A stretch of DNA of 64,000 nucleotides from an uncultured Gammaproteobacteria bacterium (GTDB taxonomy: Bacteria > Patescibacteriota > Microgenomatia > Daviesbacterales > UBA10151): NCBI GenBank assembly GCA_964500725.1, contig CAZCNP010000002.1:69347-133346 (forward strand), written 5' to 3'. Below the pieces are notes generated by a model, which was not told the DNA's origin, ran no database searches, and saw nothing but the letters and a program-made list of their open reading frames with translations. Each line of letters starts with the position of its first letter. Within the stretch, counting starts at the first letter, position 1. Positions 19,389 through 29,597 of this stretch are shown here, in pieces. A program made the translations under genes and the position numbers.

Positions 19389-21058
19389 TGGGTTTGGTTT
19401 TATCAGTAAGTTTGCTTTGGCCTCTATTTGTTGCTCCTTTGTTTGCCCATCATGATGATGTGCAGGTGATTAGGCTTTATGAGATGGATAAATGTTTTAA
19501 GGATGGCCAGATCCCTTGCAGATGGGTGCCTGATTTAGGTAATTTGTATGGGTATCCTCTATTTAATTATTATGCTCCACTTCCTTATTACTTTGGGGAA
19601 TTGATTCTTAATCTAACGCGGAGCTTGATAATTTCAGTTAAGGTTATGTTTGCCGTGGCTTTTTTAGGTTCCTACATTTTTATGTATCTTTTAACAAAGA
19701 AATTTTGGGGAGTTTTGGGAGGAAGCTTATCTGCAATATTTTATACTCTTATACCCTATCATGCCTTAGATTTCTACGTTAGGGGCGCAATGGGTGAGAT
19801 GTGGGGATTGATGTTTTTTCCAGCTGTGCTTTGGAGCTTATATAGACTTTATGAAAAAGGAAATATTGCCAATACAACACTTTGCGCAGTATTTATAGCA
19901 GGGCTTTTAACTTCACACAACCTTTCATCCATGCTTTTTATACCTATTGCTATTGTTTGGGTATGGTTTCTGTTTTTTCAAAAGCCAGTTAAAAAGTTTT
20001 TGGTGTTTGTTTTAATTTCTGCAGTGTTAGGTATTTCTCTTGCCTCGTTTTATTTGTTTCCTATGTTACTGGAGAAAAATTTAGTGCATGTTAATACCAC
20101 CACTTATGGTTATTTTTCATACACGGAACATTTTAAAGGATTTAAAAAGTTATTTTTAGATAGATCTTGGGGGTGGGGAGCATCAGTCAGGGAAGTTCCA
20201 GGAGGTGAAAAAGACGGTTTATCTTTTCAAATTGGCTGGGTGCATCTTTTAGGGTGGATATTGGCTGTGATTGCAGCCTGTCAATTGTGGAAGAAGCAAA
20301 GATTTTTAAGCCTAGCAATCGTTCTTTCTTCGACAGTTATCCTATTTAGTATTTTTATGGTACATCCTAGGTCAGAATTTATTTGGAAAAGCATTGAACC
20401 TTTAAAGTTTCTTCAATTCCCTTGGAGATTTTTAATGCTAATCTCCTTATTTATTTCTTTTTGCGTAGGTAGCGCATTACTTTTAGTTAAAAGAAAGATT
20501 GTGATGTGGTTGGGACTTGTGATTGCTGTTTTTGTTTTTAATTTTTCTTACTTCCGTCCAGAAAAATTTTTGTTTATTACAGACAAAGATCTTTTACAGG
20601 GTTCCAATTGGGACCGGCAGATCAAAAGATCCATTTTTGATTACCTGCCTATATACGCCAAAGAACCGCCAGCAGAGCTTGCAAGCGCAAGGTATGAAAT
20701 TATCACAGGAGATAGTAAAATTTTTGATTTCAATGAGGGAACCAATTGGTTTAATTTTAAAACTGAGACCAGTTCTCATACTATCATCCGTTTGTCGCAG
20801 TATTATTTTCCTGAGTGGAAAATATATTTAGACGGCAAGGAAGCACAAGTAGAGTATACAAATAACAGCTTAGGGTTGATGACACTAATTTTGGGAAAAG
20901 GAAATCACAAAATTACGGCAAGACTTTATGATACACCAGTAAGATCTGCGTCAAATATAATAACCGCAGTAGGTTTTATAGTAACTATAATATTATTTTT
21001 AACCTCTATTGAAAGGGTCCGCCATTGGATTGCATATTATAAAAAAAGGATGAATTAA
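19355..21058 (+). CDS. GT-C-like membrane protein ('PTPS-related'/YfhO-like), paralog 4 of 4
   Basis: HHDD, QIPCRWVPDLG..YGYPLFNYY, YVRGAMGE, SHN, QFPWRFL, DYLP, YFPEW. Confidence 0.78.
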   Translation: MDSIKKSWPFLVGLVLSVSLLWPLFVAPLFAHHDDVQVIRLYEMDKCFKDGQIPCRWVPDLGNLYGYPLFNYYAPLPYYFGELILNLTRSLIISVKVMFAVAFLGSYIFMYLLTKKFWGVLGGSLSAIFYTLIPYHALDFYVRGAMGEMWGLMFFPAVLWSLYRLYEKGNIANTTLCAVFIAGLLTSHNLSSMLFIPIAIVWVWFLFFQKPVKKFLVFVLISAVLGISLASFYLFPMLLEKNLVHVNTTTYGYFSYTEHFKGFKKLFLDRSWGWGASVREVPGGEKDGLSFQIGWVHLLGWILAVIAACQLWKKQRFLSLAIVLSSTVILFSIFMVHPRSEFIWKSIEPLKFLQFPWRFLMLISLFISFCVGSALLLVKRKIVMWLGLVIAVFVFNFSYFRPEKFLFITDKDLLQGSNWDRQIKRSIFDYLPIYAKEPPAELASARYEIITGDSKIFDFNEGTNWFNFKTETSSHTIIRLSQYYFPEWKIYLDGKEAQVEYTNNSLGLMTLILGKGNHKITARLYDTPVRSASNIITAVGFIVTIILFLTSIERVRHWIAYYKKRMN

Positions 21059-21062
21059 GTTT

Positions 21063-22535
21063 ATGGACGAAAGCGTTGAACAGACTGATCCCACAGAAGA
21101 ATTGGCGCCAGATGCTATAAGCAAACAAGTTAAAAAGGGTGTAGCAATATTAACCTTTCGGACAATAATTATTCAAGCAATTTCATTTTTTTCAAATGCC
21201 TTACTAACAGTATTTCTTTTACCAGTGGAATACGGGGTATTTTTTCTTGTATCTGCCGTAATAAACTTTCTTGCCTATTTTAGCGATATTGGATTTGCTG
21301 CCAGCTTGATTCAGAAAAAGAAACTTGAACACGATGATCTAAAGACAGTGTTTACAGCGCAGCAAATTTTGGTATTAGGGCTAATAGTTATAGTTTTATT
21401 GATGACTCCTTTTATAAGTAGTTTTTATAAGTTTGATCAGGCAGCTTTATACCTGCTTTGGGCGCTAGCTTTATCTTTAGTTTTCTCTTCCCTTAAAACA
21501 ATACCTTCAGTTTTGCTGGAAAGAAAATTGGAATTTAACAAATTGGTTATACCTCAAATTATCGAAACTATTGTTTTTAGTATAACTACTGTTTATCTTG
21601 CCTGGAAGGGCTTTGGGGTGACCAGTTTTACAATTGGAGTAATTGCTAGGGGGTTTTTTGGTTTGGTAGCCACATATATAGTTTCTCCTTGGGTGCCTAA
21701 GATTTCCTTTTCTACCGAGTCTTTCAGATCAATAATGAAGTTTGGGATCCCATACCAAGCAAATACATTTTTGGCGATGATAAAAGATGATGGTATGACA
21801 TTGTTTTTAGGTGGCATTTTGGGAGCAGGGGGAATTGGACTTCTGGGATGGGCTCAGAAGTGGGCTTATGCTCCTCTGAGATTTTTTATGGATCAAGTAA
21901 TAAAGGTTACTTTTCCAGCTTTTTCTAGATTACAGGATAATAGAAAGGAATTATCAGATTTGGTAAGTAAATCAATCTTTTTTATCTGTTTTCTAGTTTT
22001 TCCTTCACTTGTTATGCTATTACTTTTAGCGCCAACTTTAGTAACGATTATTCCAAAATACATTAAATGGAGCCCAGCGCTCTTTGCATTATCTGTCTTA
22101 ACAGTTACCTCAGGGTTGGCTGCAATTACTACACCTTTGACTAATACCTTAAACGCTATAGGTAAAATATCCCTGACTTTTAAGTTTATGATTATGTGGA
22201 CAGTACTGACTTGGGTTTTTGTTCCCCTTCTTGCTTATCTTTACGGCTTAAATGGCGCTGCAATTGGATTTACATTAGTAGGTTTTAGTTCTTTTGTAGC
22301 ATTATATCTAGTATCTAAGTATGTAGATATAAACTATCTTCAAAGTGTTGGAAAGCCTTTACTTGCTTCGGCAGTTATGGGAATTTTTGTTTTTATTATA
22401 AAAAATATTTTACTTGTATCATGGCAGCAGATTATCGTTATGGTTGGTGTTGGCGCAGTTGTATATTCATTGATGATGATTATGGTTGAACCAAAGCTTT
22501 TACTACTAATTAAAGATCAATTTAAAAAGAAGTAA
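21063..22535 (+). CDS. wzx: Wzx-like (MOP superfamily) oligosaccharide flippase
   Basis: About 12-14 TMs; L.P.EYG, SDIG...SLIQ, LER.LEF, V.FPAFSRLQ. Confidence 0.88.
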   Translation: MDESVEQTDPTEELAPDAISKQVKKGVAILTFRTIIIQAISFFSNALLTVFLLPVEYGVFFLVSAVINFLAYFSDIGFAASLIQKKKLEHDDLKTVFTAQQILVLGLIVIVLLMTPFISSFYKFDQAALYLLWALALSLVFSSLKTIPSVLLERKLEFNKLVIPQIIETIVFSITTVYLAWKGFGVTSFTIGVIARGFFGLVATYIVSPWVPKISFSTESFRSIMKFGIPYQANTFLAMIKDDGMTLFLGGILGAGGIGLLGWAQKWAYAPLRFFMDQVIKVTFPAFSRLQDNRKELSDLVSKSIFFICFLVFPSLVMLLLLAPTLVTIIPKYIKWSPALFALSVLTVTSGLAAITTPLTNTLNAIGKISLTFKFMIMWTVLTWVFVPLLAYLYGLNGAAIGFTLVGFSSFVALYLVSKYVDINYLQSVGKPLLASAVMGIFVFIIKNILLVSWQQIIVMVGVGAVVYSLMMIMVEPKLLLLIKDQFKKK

Positions 22536-25500
22536 TGAAGAAACTAATATTTCTATTATTGTGCTTGCTGTCAACATTTATTGCCCCTGTAGCTTTTGCT
22601 CAAGGCAATTCTTTTGTCTCAATTGTAAACCCTGTCAGGGGTGATGATTTCTGGGACTTAAAAGATCAAAAGATAGAGACTGCAGTATTAGGACAAATAG
22701 AAATTTTAAATAACTTTACCTTGCCTGCTACATGGTTGATAAGATTTGATGCTTTGGATGAGGGTAGGGTTATCAGAGAATTAAAAAATAGATATCAGGA
22801 CGAAAAGGGTTTATTTTTAGAGGTTACTCCAACTTGGGCTGAAGCAGCGGAAGTTAAATACCGTAAATCCAGTAGTTGGCATGCAGCAGGTAGCGCTTTT
22901 TTAACAGGGTATGAAAGAGATGAAAGAGAAAAACTAATAGATAAAAGTTTTGAAAGGTTTGAAAAAGTCTTTGGATATTTCCCAAAATCTGTAGGAGCAT
23001 GGTGGATAGATAGTTACTCCTTAGACTATATGCAGAATAAATATGGAATAACCTCTGGTTTAATAGTTGCAGACCAGTATACAACTGATAATTACCAAAT
23101 TTGGGGTCAATACTTTTCCACTCCTTATTATCCTGATAAGAAGAACGCTCTTCATCCAGCCCAATCAGAGGAGAATAAAATCCCAGTAGTCTTGTCTCAA
23201 TGGGCAGCAAGGGATCCTGTTAATGGGTATGGAAATGGAGTTTTTGAAAGCACGTTTAGTGTACAACCGAATGATTATATTGATTATCACGAGCTGGATA
23301 CTAATTATTTCTCCAAACTTGTTAATTTATACACAAATCAAGGAATTAATCAATTTGGAGCAATTGTAGTAGGACTGGAAAATACTTACGATTGGAATAA
23401 ATACCAAAATGAGTATAAAAATCAGATCAGCTTTTTAAAACAAAGAAATCAGAAAGGTTTGTTAAGCGTTGTAACATTAGGAGATTTTGCTGATTGGTAT
23501 CAAAAAACTTTTCCCCAAGTTTCTCCAGAGCATGTAATTGTTGCAGATGATCCTCTGGGTTTAAATAAAAAAGTAGTCTGGTTTATGAATCCTTATTATA
23601 GAGTTGGGTGGTTTTATAATAATGACGGAAGTGTGATTAGGGATATCAGGCAATATGTAGAAGGTGAAGAAGAGATCTGTTTTCAAAAAAGCTGCAGTGA
23701 AGTTAACTTTGCAACTTTTGCAACAAGAGTTTTGGATGAGGTAACTTACGGACATAAATTGCTAATTGATGAAGGTGAAATTTCTGATTTTAAAGCTTCA
23801 AGAATAGAGGAAAAGATTAGGATTAGTTATCTAAATGAGGCAGGCAAGCACAGAACAGTTGAATTTTTACCAAGAGATATCAGCATTGATGGAAAAATTT
23901 CCTCTATTGATAGAACTATTCTTGATGCAATTAAGCAGGATACTTCGGAGCAAAACAAACAGACTGATTTTAAAGAAGGAAGTTTTAGCTGGAGTATTGC
24001 AGGAGTGCTATCAAAATCAATTAAGTTTTTATTTTTTTTACTGATAGTTTGTTTGGCGCCAGGACTGATTTTTGCTCATAAATTAATTAAGGAAAATGAA
24101 TTTTTAGCATTAAAGATATTTTTAGCGCTAGTTATTGGAATTGTTTTGTTGACAGTAATGTTTTATATAACAAGCGCATTAAATTTAAGACTATTGCTAC
24201 CTTTGTATATTTTGGCAGCTTTATTATTTTTTATCAAAACTAAACAATTTACTCTGTTTCAGATTAAGCCTCCTAAAGCAATAGACAAACTACAAATAGC
24301 AGCTGTAATTGTAGTTATTTTAGGCACAATTTTTCAAAATATCCCCACTTTCAAAAGTGGTTTAACTTTTTCTTTTGGAATGGGTTTTTGGGGACCCAAT
24401 ACACATGATGGAATCTGGCATATCAGTTTAATAAATCAGTTGATTGCAGGTTTCCCAGTTGAAAACCCAATTTATGCAGGCACTGTGTTAAAAAATTATC
24501 ATTTTTTCTATGATTTGTTAGTTGCATCAGTTGCCTTGATTACTAGACTTCCTGTTGTTGATTTGGTTTTTAGGTTCTTTCCTTTACTTTTTTCTTTATT
24601 ATTAGGGCTTGGTACTTATTATCTTGCAATAAAGCTTTTTACAAGTAGAGTTGGAATAGTAAGAGCAAAAATAGCTGCAATTTTTAGTTTATATTTTGTT
24701 TATTTTGCAGGAAGTTTTGGTTGGATTGTAGAATATATAAAGCAAAAAAGTTTTGGCGGGGAGTCTGCATTTTGGGCAAATCAAGCAATTTCATATAATC
24801 TTAATCCTCCGTTTGCGGTTTCGCTTTTAATAATAATCGCTCTTGTTTACTTGTTGATTATGCATCAGAGAAGAAGTCTATATTGGATATTTACAACAGT
24901 TTTATTGACTGGAAGTTTGATAGGCTTTAAAGCATATGGTGCAGTTTTAATACTAGTATCTTTGTTTGCAATATCAATAGTACATATTTTAAAAAAGGAT
25001 TTTTCATATTTTTTTGTTTTTGTTTTTTCTTTAATTATTACTTTAATAATATTTTTATCAAATTTTGAGCAAAGCGAACAGCTGATTGTTTTTTCTCCTT
25101 TTTGGTTTATTCATTCAATGATAGATTCTCCAGATAGAGTCGGTTGGATTAGGTTAACGATGACTAGAATTGTGGGTTTCCAAACACAGAACTATTTAAA
25201 AATATTTTATGCTGAAGGTTTAAGTCTGCTGATTTTTATTGCTGGAAATTTGGGGATGAGAATATTAAGTCTTTTTTTGCTGCTTAAAATAAAAAGCATC
25301 TCTTCCTCTGGAGGACTTATTATATTAATATTTTCCTTAGCCTCATTTTTAATTCCAACACTCTTTATTCAATCAGGTAATCCTTGGAATACAATTCAAT
25401 TTACTTATTACGGTCTTTATATGACAGCAGTCATTAGCGGTTTGGTGCTATCCTCTTTATTTTTTAGTATTCCTAAGCTGTTATCTATTTTACTAATAAT

Positions 25501-25987
25501 ACCAATATTAATACTAACTCCTATAAATTCAATTACCACAGCCTCTTATTATACGGGTTTTTTGCCTCACGGAAGAGTTGATCATAAAGAATTACAAGCT
25601 CTACATTTTTTATCTTACCAGGATGATGGTGTTGTGCTTACAGTTCCATATGATAAAAAATTAAGGAGTAAAGTTTCAGAACCTTGGCCGCTGTTTATAT
25701 ATGATAGTACTGCTTATGTGTCTGCTCTATCTAAAAAAAGTGTTTACCTGGAGGATGAGCCGCAAAACCAAATCCTTTTGACAGATTACACGAAAAGGTT
25801 AGTCACATCAAAAGACTTTTTCTTAAGACCTATATCAGAAAATCTACAATTCTTAAAAGAGAACAGGATAAAATATATTTATATTCCAAAAATATACAAT
25901 CTAAGACTTGATGAAAGTTCTGGGACAATAATGAACCTTTTCGAGAACGAAGAAGTGGTGATTTATAAAGTGGTCAAATTAGTATGA
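22535..25987 (+). CDS. 1150-aa fusion: signal peptide, extracellular deacetylase/glycoside-hydrolase-like barrel domain, and GT-C-like polytopic domain
   Basis: Signal peptide MKKLIF...AFAQ. About 470-aa soluble domain with LPATWL, GLFLEV, FGYFPKSVGAWWID and DQYTTD..WG..PYYP. Membrane domain with HDGIWH, NYHFF.DLL and FK.YG, paralogous to the next gene. Confidence 0.7.
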   Translation: MKKLIFLLLCLLSTFIAPVAFAQGNSFVSIVNPVRGDDFWDLKDQKIETAVLGQIEILNNFTLPATWLIRFDALDEGRVIRELKNRYQDEKGLFLEVTPTWAEAAEVKYRKSSSWHAAGSAFLTGYERDEREKLIDKSFERFEKVFGYFPKSVGAWWIDSYSLDYMQNKYGITSGLIVADQYTTDNYQIWGQYFSTPYYPDKKNALHPAQSEENKIPVVLSQWAARDPVNGYGNGVFESTFSVQPNDYIDYHELDTNYFSKLVNLYTNQGINQFGAIVVGLENTYDWNKYQNEYKNQISFLKQRNQKGLLSVVTLGDFADWYQKTFPQVSPEHVIVADDPLGLNKKVVWFMNPYYRVGWFYNNDGSVIRDIRQYVEGEEEICFQKSCSEVNFATFATRVLDEVTYGHKLLIDEGEISDFKASRIEEKIRISYLNEAGKHRTVEFLPRDISIDGKISSIDRTILDAIKQDTSEQNKQTDFKEGSFSWSIAGVLSKSIKFLFFLLIVCLAPGLIFAHKLIKENEFLALKIFLALVIGIVLLTVMFYITSALNLRLLLPLYILAALLFFIKTKQFTLFQIKPPKAIDKLQIAAVIVVILGTIFQNIPTFKSGLTFSFGMGFWGPNTHDGIWHISLINQLIAGFPVENPIYAGTVLKNYHFFYDLLVASVALITRLPVVDLVFRFFPLLFSLLLGLGTYYLAIKLFTSRVGIVRAKIAAIFSLYFVYFAGSFGWIVEYIKQKSFGGESAFWANQAISYNLNPPFAVSLLIIIALVYLLIMHQRRSLYWIFTTVLLTGSLIGFKAYGAVLILVSLFAISIVHILKKDFSYFFVFVFSLIITLIIFLSNFEQSEQLIVFSPFWFIHSMIDSPDRVGWIRLTMTRIVGFQTQNYLKIFYAEGLSLLIFIAGNLGMRILSLFLLLKIKSISSSGGLIILIFSLASFLIPTLFIQSGNPWNTIQFTYYGLYMTAVISGLVLSSLFFSIPKLLSILLIIPILILTPINSITTASYYTGFLPHGRVDHKELQALHFLSYQDDGVVLTVPYDKKLRSKVSEPWPLFIYDSTAYVSALSKKSVYLEDEPQNQILLTDYTKRLVTSKDFFLRPISENLQFLKENRIKYIYIPKIYNLRLDESSGTIMNLFENEEVVIYKVVKLV

Positions 25988-27972
25988 ATATATTCCTTCA
26001 AATATTATTAGGCTTAGGATTTTTATTAGTAGTTTTTATTTGTCTTGTTCTGCCCGGCTATGCTATTTTAAGAAAATTTTTATCAGATTTGGATAAACTT
26101 GAACAATTTACAATCTCAAGTATCCTTGGTTTAGTGGTGTTTACTTTAGTTGCATATACTCTAGCGGTTGTTAATTTAAGGTTTTTAATGTGGGTTTTTC
26201 CTATTGCAGGAGTCTGGGTAATTTATAAATTTAGACAAGAAATACTCTCATTTAAATTAAATATCTCTCGTAAGGCAATTTTTCTTACAGTCTTGATTTT
26301 AGGGGTCATAGGGATGGTAGCAGTTAATGCTCCGTCAGGCTTTCCTTATACAAATGGGATATATTTTTATAGCTCACATGGTCACGACGGAATTTGGCAT
26401 ATTGCTTTAATGGAGCATATGAAAAATTCAATATTCCCTTTTCAGAATCCAGAACTAACCGGAGCAAAACTACAAAATTATCATTTTTTTGTTGATCTTT
26501 TAATGTCTGAATTTAGTAGGATGTTTCGTTTTTCTTCCTTGGATATTTATTTTAGATTTATGCCAGTAGTATTTGCAATTTTATTAGGACTTGGCAGTTT
26601 TATATTTGTAAGAGCTTGGAGTAAATCTGAGGCAGCAGGTATTTGGGCAATGATATTTACATATTTTGCAGGTAGTTTTGGGTATTTATTATATGTTCCA
26701 ACACATAAAAGCTTAGGAGGAGAATCAATATTTTGGGTATCTCAAACACAATCGGTTTTGGGTAATCCTCCCCATGCAGCTGCATTTATTATTGCCTCAG
26801 TGTGTTTATTTATATTCTTAAAGTATCTAGCGACTCGAAGGTTAATCTATTTCCTGCTTTGCGCAATTTTGGTAGGTTCGATTATCGAGTTTAAGGTTTA
26901 TGCAGGAGTTCTAATTCTGGGAGGATTTTTACTTGTAGGAATTTATGAATTATTTTTTAAAAAAATATTTAGTACTATTTTATTGTTTTTGACTACATTT
27001 TCTATTTCATTGCTTATATATTTACCTAACAGCCAAAACTCGCAGGATTTTTTGCTTTGGCAACCATGGTGGTATATCAGGACAATGGTTGTTGCATCAG
27101 ATAGGCTCAATTGGTTAGATTTGGAACTTAGAAGGCAGACCTATATTTCAGAGAACAATTGGAAGCGGGTAATACAAGTTGAGGCAACTGCATTTGTTAT
27201 TTTCTTGTTAGGTAATTTGGGGATGAGGTTTTTAGGATTTTGGACTTTTATTAAAAAGATAAAATTAAATTTATTTAAAAGTACTTTTGATATATTTTTT
27301 CTTTCAATTACTTTAGCCTCTTTTTTTATCCCAGTATTTTTTTTGCAAAAGGGTGTTGCGTGGAACTCTATACAATTTAACCAGTATTTTCTGCTATTTT
27401 TTGGCTTTCTGGCAGCAGTTTCAGTAGCTGAAATAATATCTTTTGTTAAAAATAGATTGGCCAAAGTGATTATTTCATTATTAATAATTATTCTTGCTGT
27501 TCCTACCCAAATTGGATTATTGTGGCAGTTTTATTCCAATACTGCGCTTTCGAAAATAACTTATAAAGAGCTTGATGCTTTAAATTTCTTAAAAAATAAA
27601 TCTCCAGAAAAGGCAATCGTATTGACTGCTCCGTTTAATGGTTACGAAAGAGATAAATATACTAATCCTCCAATACCTATATATGCTTGGTATGATACAG
27701 GCTATGTTTCTGCCTTTTCTGGAAAGTCAACTTTAATAGCAGATGAAGAGCAGGTAAACATCATGGGATACGATGTGGAACAATTATTAAAAGAGAGGAA
27801 AGAGGCTTTTGAAAGTGATAATTTTGGGATAATGAATAATTTCTTAAAAAAATATAATATAAATTTTATATACCTTGTTTGGAATCAAAAGATTACAGCC
27901 AATAAAGGGTCCTTAAACGCTGATTTAGTTTTTCAAAATGAAGATGCTAAGGTATTTAAGGTAAGACAATGA
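25984..27972 (+). CDS. GT-C-like polytopic membrane protein, paralog of the C-terminal domain of 22535-25987
   Basis: HGHDGIWH, P..NP...G..L.NYHFF.DLL, YFAGSFG, GGES.FW, NPP, FKVY, DR..W, GNLGMR, WN.IQF, YVSA.S. Confidence 0.72.
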   Translation: MNIFLQILLGLGFLLVVFICLVLPGYAILRKFLSDLDKLEQFTISSILGLVVFTLVAYTLAVVNLRFLMWVFPIAGVWVIYKFRQEILSFKLNISRKAIFLTVLILGVIGMVAVNAPSGFPYTNGIYFYSSHGHDGIWHIALMEHMKNSIFPFQNPELTGAKLQNYHFFVDLLMSEFSRMFRFSSLDIYFRFMPVVFAILLGLGSFIFVRAWSKSEAAGIWAMIFTYFAGSFGYLLYVPTHKSLGGESIFWVSQTQSVLGNPPHAAAFIIASVCLFIFLKYLATRRLIYFLLCAILVGSIIEFKVYAGVLILGGFLLVGIYELFFKKIFSTILLFLTTFSISLLIYLPNSQNSQDFLLWQPWWYIRTMVVASDRLNWLDLELRRQTYISENNWKRVIQVEATAFVIFLLGNLGMRFLGFWTFIKKIKLNLFKSTFDIFFLSITLASFFIPVFFLQKGVAWNSIQFNQYFLLFFGFLAAVSVAEIISFVKNRLAKVIISLLIIILAVPTQIGLLWQFYSNTALSKITYKELDALNFLKNKSPEKAIVLTAPFNGYERDKYTNPPIPIYAWYDTGYVSAFSGKSTLIADEEQVNIMGYDVEQLLKERKEAFESDNFGIMNNFLKKYNINFIYLVWNQKITANKGSLNADLVFQNEDAKVFKVRQ

Positions 27973-29594
27973 GAAAAACTATTTTAAGAAAAAAATTGCT
28001 TTTTTTAATTGTGATACTTGGGTTAATACTTCGTATTTTACTCATAGATAGCGCTCCGCCATCATTATACGGAGACGAGCTTACTATTGCTCTAGATGCG
28101 CAATCTTTACTTAAAACAGGGCGTGATCAGTTAGGTAATTTTTTACCGCTTACTTTTTCTATGGGGGCAGGGAGACCAGCGGGGTATGTCTACGGATCCA
28201 TTCCATTTGTAGCATTATTCGGGCCAACCGCCTTAGGAGTCAGAACACTATCAATAATCTCTGGTTTAGCAATTATCATATTACTGTATCTTCTTGGTAG
28301 AAGAGTTCTTGGAGAAAAAACAGGACTTTGTGCAGCTGCCATTGGGGCTATCTCTCCTTGGGATATATCTTTAAGTAGGGGAGGATTTGAAGCCCATCTT
28401 GCCTTATTGTTGGCATTGCTGGGAACTTATCTTTTTTTAAGGGCATCAGAGAAACCTATGTTTTATATATTGTCAGCATTAAGCTTCGGATTGACCCTGC
28501 ACACATATCCTACGTATAAGGTGAGTCTGCTTTTGTTTTTTCCGTTACTGTTTTGGTATCAGGGGGGCAGAAAAATTTTAATGAATGGTAAAAAATATTT
28601 CTTAAGTGGAGTCTTAGTGCTTTTCTTTTTAGGTATTTTATCTTTCAGTCAAACCTTTATTGGCGGGTCAGAAGTCAGATTTTTTAATATAAATATTTTT
28701 TCCCAAAAAGAGTTAAAAAGCTTCATTGAACAAAAAATTAATTTTGAAAGGCAAATATCTAAATTGCCTAAAACTGTTAGAAAATATTTTCATAATAAAC
28801 CGGTCGAATATACAAATGTCTTTATTGACAACTATCTAAAAAACTTTTCACTGGACTTTTTAATATTGCAAGGAGATGGAAATCCCCGCCACAATATGGC
28901 AACTACTGGCCAAATTTATACCGTAGAAATATTTTTGATTATTATTGCAATTTTGACCTTTTGGCAAAAAGAGAAAAGGTTAATATTATTTTTATTGCTT
29001 TGGATTCTTTTAGCGCCAGTTCCCACGGCAATTGTTGATTTGCCACATGCTTTGAGAAGTTCTTTTATGATGCCTCCGTTGATTATACTTTCTGCATTAG
29101 GATTAGTTACAATCCTAAAGTTTCAAAGTAGGATACCACTAGTATTGGTATCTATATTCTTCTTTATTCAGTTTGTATTTTTTATTCAAAAGTTGTATTT
29201 CTTGGCTCCAAACGAATACAGCAACTTTTGGTCGTATCCTGCAAAATTTGCCTCAGAGATTGCACTTGAAAATAGGGAAAAATATGACTTTATAATTCTT
29301 TCTGATAAGATTGAGTCTGTGGAGTTTGCTTACCCTGTTTATTCAAAAACTGATCCAAATTTAATAATTGATCAAAATAAAAATAAGAATATGTTTTTTG
29401 GTTATCGGTTAAAAAAATATGGTAATGTATTTATTGGTAATATTGTAGATACTGGTTTTGAGGAAGCTATTAACAATATTCCAGGTTCTGTTTTATACAT
29501 TGGATCCAAATACGAGGGGAATTCTTTTGTTGATTATGAAATAATTAATGGACTTGATGAACAAGCAGCATTAGTAGTAAAAAAGAAACATTAA
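27969..29594 (+). CDS. ArnT-like GT-C glycosyltransferase
   Basis: PPSLYGDE, KTGRDQLG..LP, SPW....SR..FE, GDGNPRH, PHALR. Confidence 0.82.
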   Translation: MRKTILRKKLLFLIVILGLILRILLIDSAPPSLYGDELTIALDAQSLLKTGRDQLGNFLPLTFSMGAGRPAGYVYGSIPFVALFGPTALGVRTLSIISGLAIIILLYLLGRRVLGEKTGLCAAAIGAISPWDISLSRGGFEAHLALLLALLGTYLFLRASEKPMFYILSALSFGLTLHTYPTYKVSLLLFFPLLFWYQGGRKILMNGKKYFLSGVLVLFFLGILSFSQTFIGGSEVRFFNINIFSQKELKSFIEQKINFERQISKLPKTVRKYFHNKPVEYTNVFIDNYLKNFSLDFLILQGDGNPRHNMATTGQIYTVEIFLIIIAILTFWQKEKRLILFLLLWILLAPVPTAIVDLPHALRSSFMMPPLIILSALGLVTILKFQSRIPLVLVSIFFFIQFVFFIQKLYFLAPNEYSNFWSYPAKFASEIALENREKYDFIILSDKIESVEFAYPVYSKTDPNLIIDQNKNKNMFFGYRLKKYGNVFIGNIVDTGFEEAINNIPGSVLYIGSKYEGNSFVDYEIINGLDEQAALVVKKKH

Positions 29595-29597
29595 GAT

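Noticed and set aside
14392-21058. Literal annotation as 6-pyruvoyl-tetrahydropterin synthases
   Set aside because: These are polytopic proteins of about 560 aa without the small soluble T-fold PTPS motifs; context and the DD loop indicate GT-C-like function.
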